This document shows, piece after piece, positions 39,191 through 48,789 of a DNA stretch of 64,000 nucleotides (its first letter is position 1; the number at the start of each line of letters is the position of its first letter). Both the position numbers and the translations under genes were made by a program. This DNA is from Planctomycetota bacterium (GTDB lineage Bacteria; Planctomycetota; UBA1135; UBA2386), in NCBI GenBank assembly GCA_046290465.1, contig JBKAGP010000001.1, positions 5,824,001 to 5,888,000 of the forward strand. Direction: 5' to 3'. The notes under the pieces were generated by a model, which searched no databases, had not been told where the DNA came from, and worked only from the letters and a program-made list of their open reading frames with translations.

Positions 39191-41289
39191 TACTCTCCGC
39201 CTCGCCGGTCGCCGCCACCGCCCGGGCCGCCGCCGCCGGGGCCACGGCCACCGCGCCCGCCGCGGCTGCCCATCGCCTTGCGCATCGCATCGCTGAGCTT
39301 CTGCGCCTCGTCGAGCTTGCCGTTGTCGATCGCGCTGATGATCGCCTTGAGCTTCTGCGTCGACTTCTCGAGCTGCTCACCGCTGAGGTAGTTGCTCATG
39401 TTGCCGATCGTGCTCACCAGGCGTGCCTTGGCCTCGCCGAGCTCCTCGGCCGACATCTCCGGGTACTTCTTGCGCGGGCCGCCGCGACGGCTGCCGCCGC
39501 GCTCCCGGCCGCCCCGCTGGCCGTCGCCGCGCTCGGTCTCCTTGGTGAGCTGGTCGCCGCTCGGCTTCTTGACCGGCGCCGGCTCCGGCGCCGCGGGCTG
39601 GTCGAACTTCGGGTCGGCCTGGCCGCCCGGCGGCGTGCGGTAGATCTGGTCGCCTTCGGTGAGGCCCTCTTCGACGACGACCTTCTCCTGGTTGTTGGCG
39701 CCGACCTGGATCGCGACGGCGACCGGGCCGTCGGCCGTCTCCTTCCAGACGTAGTTGACGGCGCGGTCGCGCCGCACCGCCTGGATCGGGATCGTCAGCA
39801 CGTTCGGCACCGTGTCGACGGTGATCGTGGCGGCGGCCTTCATGCCGGCCTTCAGCGACTCGTCGCGGTTGATGCCGTCGAGCATCACCTCGGTGGTGTA
39901 GACCTTCTTGTCGTTGCCGGACCAGCGGCTGGCCGAGTCGGCGACCGGTGCGACGTAGGTCACGCGGCCGGTCAGGATCTCGTTGGGGCGGACCTCGGCG
40001 CTGATGTGCGCGGGCATGCCGCGACGCACCTTCTCGACCATCGCCTCCTGCACCTTGATCTTGCACTTCAGCCGGCTGTTGTCCGGCAGGATGATGATCG
40101 TCTGGTACTGGCGCACGCTGGTGCCCTCCTCGACCGGTTCGCTGTCGCCGCGGCCGCGGGACACCTTCGAGTAGACCACCAGGCCCTCGCCGGGCGAGTA
40201 GATCACCGAGTTGTCGATCTGGCGGTTGAGCGTCGACAGACGGTCGCTCGCGATCTCGAACTCCTTCTGCTTGGCGTCGATGTCGAACTGCGAGTTCTTG
40301 CGCTCGGCGTCGTTCTTCGCGGTGACGCGTGCGACCTCGAGTTCGGCGTTCTCGAGGTTCTGCCGCATCTCGATCTTGTCGCGCTGCAGCGTGTAGTTGA
40401 TCAGCAGCTCGAGGTCGTTCCACGCGATCGTGACCTTCGACGCCTGGCTCTGGAACGCCAGTACGTCGCGCTCGAGCTCGTTGCGGGTGATGAACTGCTT
40501 GCTGGCGAGGCGGCGGCTGTGGGCGGCCGTGTCCTCCTTGACCTTCAGGTCCGCCATCGCGAGGCGGATCGTGTCGGCCTGCTGCAGGATCTTGTTGGCC
40601 ATCTCGCCCATGTCGCGCTGCAGCGGGTCGCCCGCTTCGCCGTCGACGGTCAGCAGCGTGCGCACCTTGGGGATCAGGCCGGCGTAGTTCTGCGGATGCA
40701 CGTGCGCGACCAGCTGCGAGCCCTCGGTCGCCGCGGCGATGGTCGTGCCCTGGCCCTCCTTCGGCTCCGGCGGATTCACCAGCTCCTCGAGGCGCTTGAC
40801 CATGTCGGCGTTCTTGCCCTCGGAGCCCTGGCCGTCCTTGGCGCCCAGCAGCTTCTGCAGCTCCATCGCGGAGATCTGGCGCTGCGACTCGGCCGTGTTC
40901 AGGTTGGCTTGCAGCTCCTTCTCGAGGATCTCCTGCGCGGTGCGCGCCTGCTCGAGCGCGTTGCGCGCCTTCTCGACCGAGATCTCCTGCGTGGCGCGCT
41001 TCTCGACCAGCTCGGTGACGTCGAGCTCGACCAGCTTGTCGCCCTTCTTGACCAGGGTGCCTTCGGGGATCAGGCTCAGGATCGTGGCGCTGCCTTCGAT
41101 CTGGGACTTGACCTCGACCTCGTTGACGGCGACGAGCTCGCCGCCCTCCTTGACGTTGATCGGCAGGTCTTCGCGGCTCACCTTGTAGAGGTTGACGCGG
41201 TTGTCGGACTTCGTCTCGTTCCCGCCGCACGCCGCGAGCATCGCGGCGGTGGTCAGGAGGAAGGCGACGTGGTTCGTGCGGGAACGCAT
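39190..41289 (-). CDS. Efflux periplasmic adaptor (MacA/HlyD-like) lipoprotein, elongated
   Basis: Lipobox LAAC, EG..VKKGD.LVELD, IYSPGEGLV, LK.GM.A and GL.EGD. Gly/Arg-rich tail. Confidence 0.88.
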   Translation of the reverse strand: MRSRTNHVAFLLTTAAMLAACGGNETKSDNRVNLYKVSREDLPINVKEGGELVAVNEVEVKSQIEGSATILSLIPEGTLVKKGDKLVELDVTELVEKRATQEISVEKARNALEQARTAQEILEKELQANLNTAESQRQISAMELQKLLGAKDGQGSEGKNADMVKRLEELVNPPEPKEGQGTTIAAATEGSQLVAHVHPQNYAGLIPKVRTLLTVDGEAGDPLQRDMGEMANKILQQADTIRLAMADLKVKEDTAAHSRRLASKQFITRNELERDVLAFQSQASKVTIAWNDLELLINYTLQRDKIEMRQNLENAELEVARVTAKNDAERKNSQFDIDAKQKEFEIASDRLSTLNRQIDNSVIYSPGEGLVVYSKVSRGRGDSEPVEEGTSVRQYQTIIILPDNSRLKCKIKVQEAMVEKVRRGMPAHISAEVRPNEILTGRVTYVAPVADSASRWSGNDKKVYTTEVMLDGINRDESLKAGMKAAATITVDTVPNVLTIPIQAVRRDRAVNYVWKETADGPVAVAIQVGANNQEKVVVEEGLTEGDQIYRTPPGGQADPKFDQPAAPEPAPVKKPSGDQLTKETERGDGQRGGRERGGSRRGGPRKKYPEMSAEELGEAKARLVSTIGNMSNYLSGEQLEKSTQKLKAIISAIDNGKLDEAQKLSDAMRKAMGSRGGRGGRGPGGGGPGGGGDRRGGE

Positions 41290-41291
41290 GT

Positions 41292-42896
41292 TTATTCGGC
41301 GCTGGCCGGCATCGGCAGGGTCAGGTCGAACCGCAGCCCCTGGGGGGAGAGGCGCACGGCTTCGAGGTCGTTCATGAGTTGCAGGCGCGCGATCGCGTAA
41401 TCGACGATCGCGGCGTTGCGGTTGAGTTGGGCGCTGAGCAGCGAATCCTGCGCGTCGAGCTTGTCGAGCGCGGGCACGCGGCCGGCGGCGTAGAGGTCGG
41501 TGGTCGCTTCGACGCGCTGCTCGGCGAGGTCGACCGCAACCGTCTGGATCTCGAAGCTGTCGAGCGCCGCCTGGATGTTGCGCAGCGAACGGCGCACGTT
41601 GGCGGTCAGCGTGTCCTCGGCCTGTTCGCGCGCCCGCAGCGTGCGGTCGAACGTGATCAGCTGGCTGCGGTAGGCGTTGCGCAGCGGGATGCGGTCGAGG
41701 AACAGGTTGAGGTCGACGCCGGCCGACCAGTCGATCTGCGACCAGTCGAGGTTGAGGCCAGCGCCTTCTTCGGAGGGCACCGAGATCGCGGCGGTGAAGT
41801 CGAGGCCGAAGTTGAGCGCGTTCTCGGCGATCAGCACGCGGCGGCCGACGTCGGCGACCTCGTCGATGGTCGTCTGGTAGTCGTAGCGGCGACGCAGCGC
41901 CAGGCGCACGGCCGTGTCCTGGTCGAGGTCGACCTCCTGCACGCCCTGGTCGACCAGGCGCTTCAGCTCCTCGGGGTCGAGGGTGATCTGCGCGGTCACC
42001 GGCAGGCCGAGCGTCAGCTTGAAGCTGTCGAGCGCGTTCTGCAGGCGGTTGGCGGAGCTGACCCGCTGGGCGTCGGCGCTGTACTCACTCTGCTGCGCGC
42101 GACCGAGGTCGACGATCGTGCGGCGGCCGGCGTTGTAGAGCTCCTCGATCTGTTGGCGCGACAGCCGGAAGCTGCTGTAGTTGGCCTCGACGTTGTTGAG
42201 GTCGGCCATCTGCTGCACGACGTTCCAGTAGTCGGCGACCAGGTCGATCGCGAACTGCGAACGGAAGCGCTCGAAGTCGCGGATCGCGTAGATGACGTTG
42301 CGCTCGGCCTGGGTCAGCGGCTCGCGCGCGATGTGGCGGCCGGCGCCGCGCAGCAGCGGTTGGGTGACGGTCAGGTTGAGGATCGAGCCACCGTCGAACT
42401 GGCCGCCGTTGAGCACGCCGCGCAGGAACGTCTGCACGAAGCTGGTCACGATCGACGTGCCGGCCGGGGTGTCGGCCGAGGCGGCCAGGTCGTCGCTCAG
42501 CGAGACGTCCGCGGCGGTGTCCGAGGTGCCGTCGACGTTGGCGCTGAAGCCGCCGCCGAAGCGCACGCGGAAATCGTTGAGCGTCGTCGTCAGGCTGAGC
42601 GCCGCCAGGTAGAGGGTCTCCTTCTGGCGCTGGAACTCACGGCTGTTCTCGGCGGCGACGTCGAGCGCGTCGGCGAGCGACAGCTGGATCGGTTCGCGGG
42701 TGGTCAGCAGGCGCCGGCGCAGCGTGTCGACCGGCCGCTCGACGACGAACTCGCGCTGTTCGCCGAGCACCTGCTCGGTGGCCTTCTCGAGCACGCCGTA
42801 GACGGCGCGGTCGGCCCACTCCCGGTTGCCTTCGGGAGAGTAGCAGGAGGCCACCGCGATGACGGTGACGAACGGGAGGATGCGGGATGCGTGCAA
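41292..42896 (-). CDS. TolC-family outer membrane factor lipoprotein
   Basis: Lipobox-like VASC, LSLADALDVA, TVTQPLLRG and two OEP-like repeats (LYNAGR and LYAAGR). Start estimated. Confidence 0.85.
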   Translation of the reverse strand: MHASRILPFVTVIAVASCYSPEGNREWADRAVYGVLEKATEQVLGEQREFVVERPVDTLRRRLLTTREPIQLSLADALDVAAENSREFQRQKETLYLAALSLTTTLNDFRVRFGGGFSANVDGTSDTAADVSLSDDLAASADTPAGTSIVTSFVQTFLRGVLNGGQFDGGSILNLTVTQPLLRGAGRHIAREPLTQAERNVIYAIRDFERFRSQFAIDLVADYWNVVQQMADLNNVEANYSSFRLSRQQIEELYNAGRRTIVDLGRAQQSEYSADAQRVSSANRLQNALDSFKLTLGLPVTAQITLDPEELKRLVDQGVQEVDLDQDTAVRLALRRRYDYQTTIDEVADVGRRVLIAENALNFGLDFTAAISVPSEEGAGLNLDWSQIDWSAGVDLNLFLDRIPLRNAYRSQLITFDRTLRAREQAEDTLTANVRRSLRNIQAALDSFEIQTVAVDLAEQRVEATTDLYAAGRVPALDKLDAQDSLLSAQLNRNAAIVDYAIARLQLMNDLEAVRLSPQGLRFDLTLPMPASAE

Positions 42897-43035
42897 GGTC
42901 AGGACAGGCTCGGCGAACGATCTTGGGACGACCGTAGTAGGTCTGGCCCACTGTTTTTTCTCCCCTCGCCGAGGTGTGTTACTACGATACGACGCGTTGC
43001 GAACCGGTCCGGGCGGGCCATGGAGCAGCGGGGGC

Positions 43036-43740
43036 ATGCTGAGCATCTTGATCACCGCGGGACCGACCCGCGAACACCTCGACGACGTTCGATTCCTGAG
43101 CAATGCAAGCTCGGGACGAATGGGCTGTGCGCTGGCCGAAGCGGCCATGGCAGCAGGCCATCGCGCCACGATCGTGCTCGGCCCGGTCGAGGTCACGCCG
43201 CCCGCCGGCGCCGCCGTCCGTTCGGTCACCTCCGCGCTCGAGATGCAGGCTGCCGCTGCGGACGTATTCGCGACATCCGACATCGTGATCGCCGCGGCGG
43301 CCGTCTCCGACTGGCGGCCGGTGGCGCGCGCTGCCGGCAAGCCGGCGCGCCAACCCGGCCGCATCACGGTCGAGTTCGAGCCCAACCCCGACATCGTCAA
43401 GGGCCTGGCTGCGAACAAGGGTGACCGGATCGTGTTCGGCTTCGCCCTCGAGTCGGTCTCCGCGGGCATGCCCGCGGCGATCGAACGCGGTCGTCGCAAG
43501 ATCGTCTCCAAGGGGCTGGATGCCGTGGTCGTGAACCTGCACGACACCATCGGCAGCGACCAGGCCGAGTTCGTGCTGTGCTACGCCGACGGGCGCGAGC
43601 AGCCGTTGCCTCGCTGTGACAAGCGCCAGGCGGCGGAACTGCTGGTGCGCGCCGCGGTCGAGGCGTGGCAGGCGCAGAACGGTTCCGAACCGGGTCGACC
43701 GAACGGGACCAGCAGTCCACCAGAGGACCTACTCAAGTGA
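43036..43740 (+). CDS. coaB: Phosphopantothenate-cysteine ligase (stand-alone CoaB domain)
   Basis: ILITAGPTRE.LD.VRFLSN.SSGRMG, AAAVSDW, NPDI and GFALE. No CoaC domain. Confidence 0.85.
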   Translation: MLSILITAGPTREHLDDVRFLSNASSGRMGCALAEAAMAAGHRATIVLGPVEVTPPAGAAVRSVTSALEMQAAAADVFATSDIVIAAAAVSDWRPVARAAGKPARQPGRITVEFEPNPDIVKGLAANKGDRIVFGFALESVSAGMPAAIERGRRKIVSKGLDAVVVNLHDTIGSDQAEFVLCYADGREQPLPRCDKRQAAELLVRAAVEAWQAQNGSEPGRPNGTSSPPEDLLK

Positions 43741-46406
43741 GCAGAAAGAAGGACCACGAGGCCGAAGCGGCCCCGAAGCGCGGCACGCGCTTCGTCCCCA
43801 CCGAGGACGTGCCGCTGCCCGGCCTGTCGCCGCGCGCCCGCGAAGTGGTGGCGTTGGCGCTCTGCGGCGTCGCGCTCTACTCGATGCTGTGCCTGGCGAC
43901 GTTCCGGATGGCGGATCTCGACGGCGCGATCCCGACCGGCGGCATGCAGAACCTCGGCGGCTCGTTCGGCTACTACCTGGCGATCGGGTTCACGCGTGCG
44001 CTCGGGCTCGCCGGCTGGGTGCCGTTCCTGATGCTGCTGGCCTACGCGCTGCTGATGTTCCTCGGCCGCAGCTGCAGCCGCCTGACCATCAAGCTGCTCG
44101 GCATCGTCTGCTTCTCGGCGATGCTGGCGATCCTGTTCGCCGGCCACGACGGCCTCGCGGGCGTGCGAGACGCGACCCCGTACGGCGCCGGTGGCGTGTT
44201 CGGCTCGGTGGTCTCGCCCAAGCTCTACTCGGCCTTCGGCGGCACGGGCCGCGTGCTGATCCTGGTGTTCGGCGCGCTGGTGTCGCTGCTGATCGCGACC
44301 GAGTGGATGTTCTCCGAGCTGCTGCTGCGCGCCTACGCGGCGATCGAGCCGCCGGTGCGCCGCTGGTTCGGACGTGCGGTCGTCGCCGGCATCGGCGAGG
44401 TCGAAGAGCTCGAGGAGGAGGCCGAGGCCAAGCCGAAGCGTCGTCGTTCGCGCAAGAAGCCGGTCGCCGAGGAGGTCGAGGAGCCGGAGGAAGAGGTCGA
44501 GGAGGAAGAAGAAGAGGAAGAGGTCGAGGAAGAGGAGGAGGCCGAAGAAGCAGAGGAAGAAGAGGCCGAGGAGGAGGAAGAGGACGAGGAAGAGGCAGAT
44601 GAAGAAGAAGAGGAGGAGCCGGCGCCGAAGGCCCGCCGTTCGCGCAGTGGCCGCAAATCGCGCAAGGCGGCGGCAGAGGAGTCGGAGCCCGAGCCCGAGC
44701 CCGAGCCCGAACCGGAACCGCCCAAGCCCAAGCCGATCGTGATCGTGCGGCCGAAGCCGCGCAAAAAGCGCAAGAAGGTCGCGGCGCAGAGCACGCTGCC
44801 GTTCCAGGACTACCCGTTCCCGCCGATGGAGCTGTTCCAGGAGCCGCAGATGGGCGACCTCGGCGCGACCTCGGAGGTGCTCGAGAAGGGCGGTGCCGCG
44901 ATCGTCAACAAGCTCGCCAACTTCAAGATCGAGGCGCAGGTGGTGGCGGCGTCGGTCGGCCCGGCGGTCACCCAGTACGAGCTGCGGCTCGCCGAGAGCA
45001 TCCGCGTCAACAAGATCGTCGGCTTCGAATCGGACCTCGCGGCGGCGCTCAAGGCCTACTCGGTGCGCGTGGTCGCGCCGATCCCGGGCAAGGACACGGT
45101 CGGCGTCGAGGTTCCCAACGAGGAGCGCGAGAAGGTCTACATGCGCGACCTGCTCGACATGTTCGGCCGCGCCGACGACCATGCGATCCCGCTCTACCTC
45201 GGCAAGGACGTCGCCGGCAACCCGATCGTCGAGGACCTGGCGCGCATGCCGCACCTGCTGATCGCCGGCACCACCGGGTCCGGCAAGTCGGTCTGCATCA
45301 ACACGATCCTGCTGTCGGTGCTGATGACCCGCACGCCGCAGCAGGTCAAGCTGATCCTGGTCGACCCGAAGATGGTCGAACTGCAGGCCTACAAGAAGGT
45401 GCCGCACCTCTGCTGCGAGGTCGTCACCAACATGAAGAAGGCGCCGGGCGTGCTGCAGTGGGCCGTCGACGAAATGGAGAATCGCTACGCGATGCTGTCG
45501 GCCGCGGGCGTCAACCACATCAAGAACTACAACCGCCTCGGCGAGACCGAGCTGGCCAAGCGGCTCGGCCGCGATCCGGACCCGGACCGCGTGCACCTGA
45601 GCTACATCGTGATCGTCATCGACGAGTTCGCCGACCTGATGAACGTCGCCGCGAACGAGGTCGAGGACCTGATCCAGCGCCTCGCGCAGAAGTCGCGCGC
45701 CGTCGGCATGCACGTGATCCTGGCGACCCAGCGCCCGTCCAGCGACGTGATCACCGGCATCATCAAGGCCAACCTGCCGTGCCAGATCGCGTTCAAGGTC
45801 AACCGCCGCATCGATTCGCGCGTGATCCTCGACGTCAACGGCGCCGAGAAGCTGCTCGGCCACGGTGACATGCTCTACATGCCGCCGGCGGGCGGCGCGC
45901 TGCTGCGTGCGCAGGGCACGTTCGTCTCCGACGAGGAGCAGCACGCGGTCGTGAAGTACCTCGAGGACCAGGGCCAGCAGCCGGCGTTCAACCCGGAGCT
46001 GATGCAGCGCCAGTCGAGTTCGCGGCCGTCCTCGGCCGACAAGGACGAGCGCTACCACGAGGCCGTCGAGGTGATCGTTGGCCAGCAGCGCGGCTCGGCG
46101 ACGCTGCTGCAGCGGGCGCTGTCGGTCGGCTACACGCGGGCGACGCGCCTGCTGGAGCTGATGGAGGACGACGGCATCGTCGGTCCGTTCGTCGGCTCGA
46201 AGTCGCGCGAGGTGCTGCTGACGCTCGAGGAGTGGCACGCGCGCCGCGAGGCCGAGGAGCAGGCTGCCGACGACGACGAATACGAGTACGTCGAGGTCGA
46301 GGAGGGCGAGGAAGTGGAGGTCGCCGACGGCGACGACGTCGGCGAGGAGGTCGAGGCCGACGCCGGCGAGGCCGTGACGGATCCGCAAGACGACGAGCGC
46401 GATTGA
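43737..46406 (+). CDS. ftsK: DNA translocase FtsK
   Basis: Multi-TM N-terminus, PIPGK..VGVEVPN, Walker A GTTGSGKS, DPKMVEL, IDEFADL, ATQRPS and gamma domain LLQRALSVGYTRA. Confidence 0.96.
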   Translation: MSRKKDHEAEAAPKRGTRFVPTEDVPLPGLSPRAREVVALALCGVALYSMLCLATFRMADLDGAIPTGGMQNLGGSFGYYLAIGFTRALGLAGWVPFLMLLAYALLMFLGRSCSRLTIKLLGIVCFSAMLAILFAGHDGLAGVRDATPYGAGGVFGSVVSPKLYSAFGGTGRVLILVFGALVSLLIATEWMFSELLLRAYAAIEPPVRRWFGRAVVAGIGEVEELEEEAEAKPKRRRSRKKPVAEEVEEPEEEVEEEEEEEEVEEEEEAEEAEEEEAEEEEEDEEEADEEEEEEPAPKARRSRSGRKSRKAAAEESEPEPEPEPEPEPPKPKPIVIVRPKPRKKRKKVAAQSTLPFQDYPFPPMELFQEPQMGDLGATSEVLEKGGAAIVNKLANFKIEAQVVAASVGPAVTQYELRLAESIRVNKIVGFESDLAAALKAYSVRVVAPIPGKDTVGVEVPNEEREKVYMRDLLDMFGRADDHAIPLYLGKDVAGNPIVEDLARMPHLLIAGTTGSGKSVCINTILLSVLMTRTPQQVKLILVDPKMVELQAYKKVPHLCCEVVTNMKKAPGVLQWAVDEMENRYAMLSAAGVNHIKNYNRLGETELAKRLGRDPDPDRVHLSYIVIVIDEFADLMNVAANEVEDLIQRLAQKSRAVGMHVILATQRPSSDVITGIIKANLPCQIAFKVNRRIDSRVILDVNGAEKLLGHGDMLYMPPAGGALLRAQGTFVSDEEQHAVVKYLEDQGQQPAFNPELMQRQSSSRPSSADKDERYHEAVEVIVGQQRGSATLLQRALSVGYTRATRLLELMEDDGIVGPFVGSKSREVLLTLEEWHARREAEEQAADDDEYEYVEVEEGEEVEVADGDDVGEEVEADAGEAVTDPQDDERD

Positions 46407-46511
46407 TCTTCCCGGCCGCTACTGCTTGTGGGCCCGACCGGCGAGCAGTAGATTCTGTCGCGTAGCGTCCGGTGGTGTCGGACGTAGAGCGCAACTGCCC
46501 GGGAGGGGCAC

Positions 46512-48596
46512 ATGACTGTGAATACGCTGGGCTCTGAATCCCGGCTCGGAGGCGATTCGTTCGCGCCGGGCTCGTCGCGTGGCTCGCGCACCGTCGCGGA
46601 GTGGCTGTGGCCGTTCCTGGTCGGAGGCGTCGCGCTGTTCTCGATCTCCGCGCTGTTCTACTACCACTTCCACCGCGCGGAACTCGAACCACAGAGCTTC
46701 CTGCAGCAGGTATTCGCCGGCCTCTACGACACCTTCGGGTGGGCGCCGTCGGTGGTGTTCTTCCTGCTGGTGTTCGCCTGGTCGCTGATCTGGTTCGTGA
46801 CCGGCGTGCTGGAGAAGCCGGTCTCGCGCGTCGTGCGCCTGCTGGTGATGGCGGTCATGCTCGGGGTGTTCTTGAACCTCGGCGACGGCGGCGTCGTCTC
46901 CGAACCGCACAAGGGCGCGTTCGGTGCCTGGTTGGCCGGCCGGCTGGTCGGCGCGATCGGCTACGTGCCGAGCCTGGTGATGGTCTGGGTGACGACGTTC
47001 GCGTCGCTGCTGCTGGCCACCGACTGGTTCTTTAGCGAGTGGTTCGAGCGCTCGCGCAAGGCGGCGACGTTCGAGGTCGGCGTCGAGGAGCAGGTCACCG
47101 ACCACCTGCGCGGCCTGTCCGAGATCGCCAACCGTCCGGAATCGACCGAGGCCGGCGCGGCCAGCGCCGCCGTGACGATCGACGCCGGCGACGCGCCCGC
47201 AGACGGAGCCGCGGTCGGCGCCGACGAGCAACGGGACGACGATGGCCCGGAGCGACAGGACGCCGCCGGCGGGGATCCTGCCGAGCCCGAAGCGGCTGCC
47301 GAGCCGGTCGTGCACGTCGAGCGACGCCTCAGCTACGCCGAACGACGGCGCCTGCGCGCCGAGCGCGATGCCGCCCAGGCCGAGCCGCCGGTGCCGGTGC
47401 CGCGCCCCGACCCGCAGCCGGCAGAGGAGCCGTCGTCCCGCCCCGATCCGGAGCCGGCGGAGCTGGCGCGCGCGGTCGGCTCTGCCCTCGACGAGCTGGC
47501 CGAGAACGCACAGGCGGGCGGCGCTGCGGTGTCCGAGGACGAGCTCGCGGGGCTGTTCGGAGACGCGTCCGCAACGGCCGAGGACGACGACGACGTGGTG
47601 GTGGTCGCGCCGGAGCACGTCGAGGCCGAGGAGATCGAACTGGTCGACGAGGACCCGGACGAGGACGAGGACGCCGAGGCCGTCGACGACGACGAGATCG
47701 CGGCGGACGAGATCGCCGAGGAAGGCGACGACGAGTCCGAGGACGCCGAGCTGGGTGAGCTCGACGAGGACGACGAATCGGACGACGCCGACGAGGACGA
47801 CGACGAGGAAGAGGAAGAAGAAGAGGACGAGGACTACGGCGAGGAGGACGTCGACGAAGACGACGAGGAGTCGGCGGAGCTCGAGTCGGACGACGACGAG
47901 GTCGAGGACGAAGAACTCGAAGACGAAGAGTTCGAGGACGAGGAACTCGACGACGACGACGACGACGAAGAAGAAGAAGAAGAAGAAGAAGAAGAAGAAG
48001 AAGAAGAAGAAGAAGAAGAGGAAGAGGACGAGGACGAGGACGAGGACGAGGAAGGCGAGTACGCGGAGTACGACGAGGACGAGGAACTCGAGGAAGGCGA
48101 CGAGGAGGAGGACGAGTCCGACGCGGACGATGCCGACGACTCGGGCGATGACGAAGTCGAACTCGAGGCCCAGCTCGACGACGAGGAGGCCGACGACGAG
48201 GAGGCCGACGAAGACGAGTTCGAGGCCGATGAGGACGACGACGACGACTTCGTCGAGTCGACGGCCGACGCCCCGACCGAACCCAAGGAGACCGTCGTCG
48301 CGATCCCGCGTCCGGACGAGATGCCCGAGCCGGTCCAGCCGACCCCACCGGTGAGCCCGGCTGCCCGCGCCGAAGCCGAGCCGCAGCCCGAGCCGTCGGC
48401 CCCTGGCCGCCAGCAGAAGCTGTTCGGCGGCGGCGTCGACGAGGACCTGCTGGTCGAGGCCCGCGAACTGCTGCGTTCGGGCCGACGGCCGACCGCAGCG
48501 CTGCTGCAGCGCAAGCTGCGCATCGACTACGAACTGGCGCAGGACGTGATCCACGAGCTGGAGGCGCGCGGGCTGCTGGCGGAAGACGAGGCGTGA
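46512..48596 (+). CDS. Motor-less FtsK-like protein (TM domain + acidic disordered tract + gamma domain)
   Basis: SLLLATDWFFSEW matches FtsK SLLIATEWMFSEL. C-terminal AALLQRKLRIDY.LA..V..ELE..GL. No Walker A/B. Confidence 0.82.
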   Translation: MTVNTLGSESRLGGDSFAPGSSRGSRTVAEWLWPFLVGGVALFSISALFYYHFHRAELEPQSFLQQVFAGLYDTFGWAPSVVFFLLVFAWSLIWFVTGVLEKPVSRVVRLLVMAVMLGVFLNLGDGGVVSEPHKGAFGAWLAGRLVGAIGYVPSLVMVWVTTFASLLLATDWFFSEWFERSRKAATFEVGVEEQVTDHLRGLSEIANRPESTEAGAASAAVTIDAGDAPADGAAVGADEQRDDDGPERQDAAGGDPAEPEAAAEPVVHVERRLSYAERRRLRAERDAAQAEPPVPVPRPDPQPAEEPSSRPDPEPAELARAVGSALDELAENAQAGGAAVSEDELAGLFGDASATAEDDDDVVVVAPEHVEAEEIELVDEDPDEDEDAEAVDDDEIAADEIAEEGDDESEDAELGELDEDDESDDADEDDDEEEEEEEDEDYGEEDVDEDDEESAELESDDDEVEDEELEDEEFEDEELDDDDDDEEEEEEEEEEEEEEEEEEEEDEDEDEDEEGEYAEYDEDEELEEGDEEEDESDADDADDSGDDEVELEAQLDDEEADDEEADEDEFEADEDDDDDFVESTADAPTEPKETVVAIPRPDEMPEPVQPTPPVSPAARAEAEPQPEPSAPGRQQKLFGGGVDEDLLVEARELLRSGRRPTAALLQRKLRIDYELAQDVIHELEARGLLAEDEA
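47949..48017 (+). repeat. (GAC)6(GAA)17 in-frame trinucleotide microsatellite
   Basis: Pure GAA run 47967-48017 preceded by a GAC run. Confidence 0.9.
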
Positions 48597-48705
48597 CCGC
48601 GCGCCGGCGCGCCCGGAATCCGGCCGCCGGGGTGCGAAAAGTGCGCGCGCATCCGATGCCTTCGGAGCGGCCTGCTGGTGGGGCTGCGCGTTCGTTCGTC
48701 CCCGC

Positions 48706-48736
48706 TTTCCCCAGGCTTGTCCACAGGGTGTCCACG
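48706..48736 (+). promoter_or_regulatory. DnaA-box-like cluster upstream of dnaB
   Basis: TTTCCCCAG (48706), TTGTCCACA (48717) and GTGTCCACG (48728), spaced at 11 bp. Confidence 0.55.
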
Positions 48737-48789
48737 GGTCGCAGCCTTGCGTCGGCGCGTGGGCACGGTAACTAGGACCGGCTCAGCGG

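Noticed and set aside
47834..48523. Poly-Ser, poly-Phe or poly-Lys proteins
   Set aside because: These are alternative-frame translations of the acidic GAA/GAC tract.
48597..48789. Chromosomal origin oriC
   Set aside because: Only one good DnaA box, no AT-rich unwinding element and no dnaA or dnaN adjacent.
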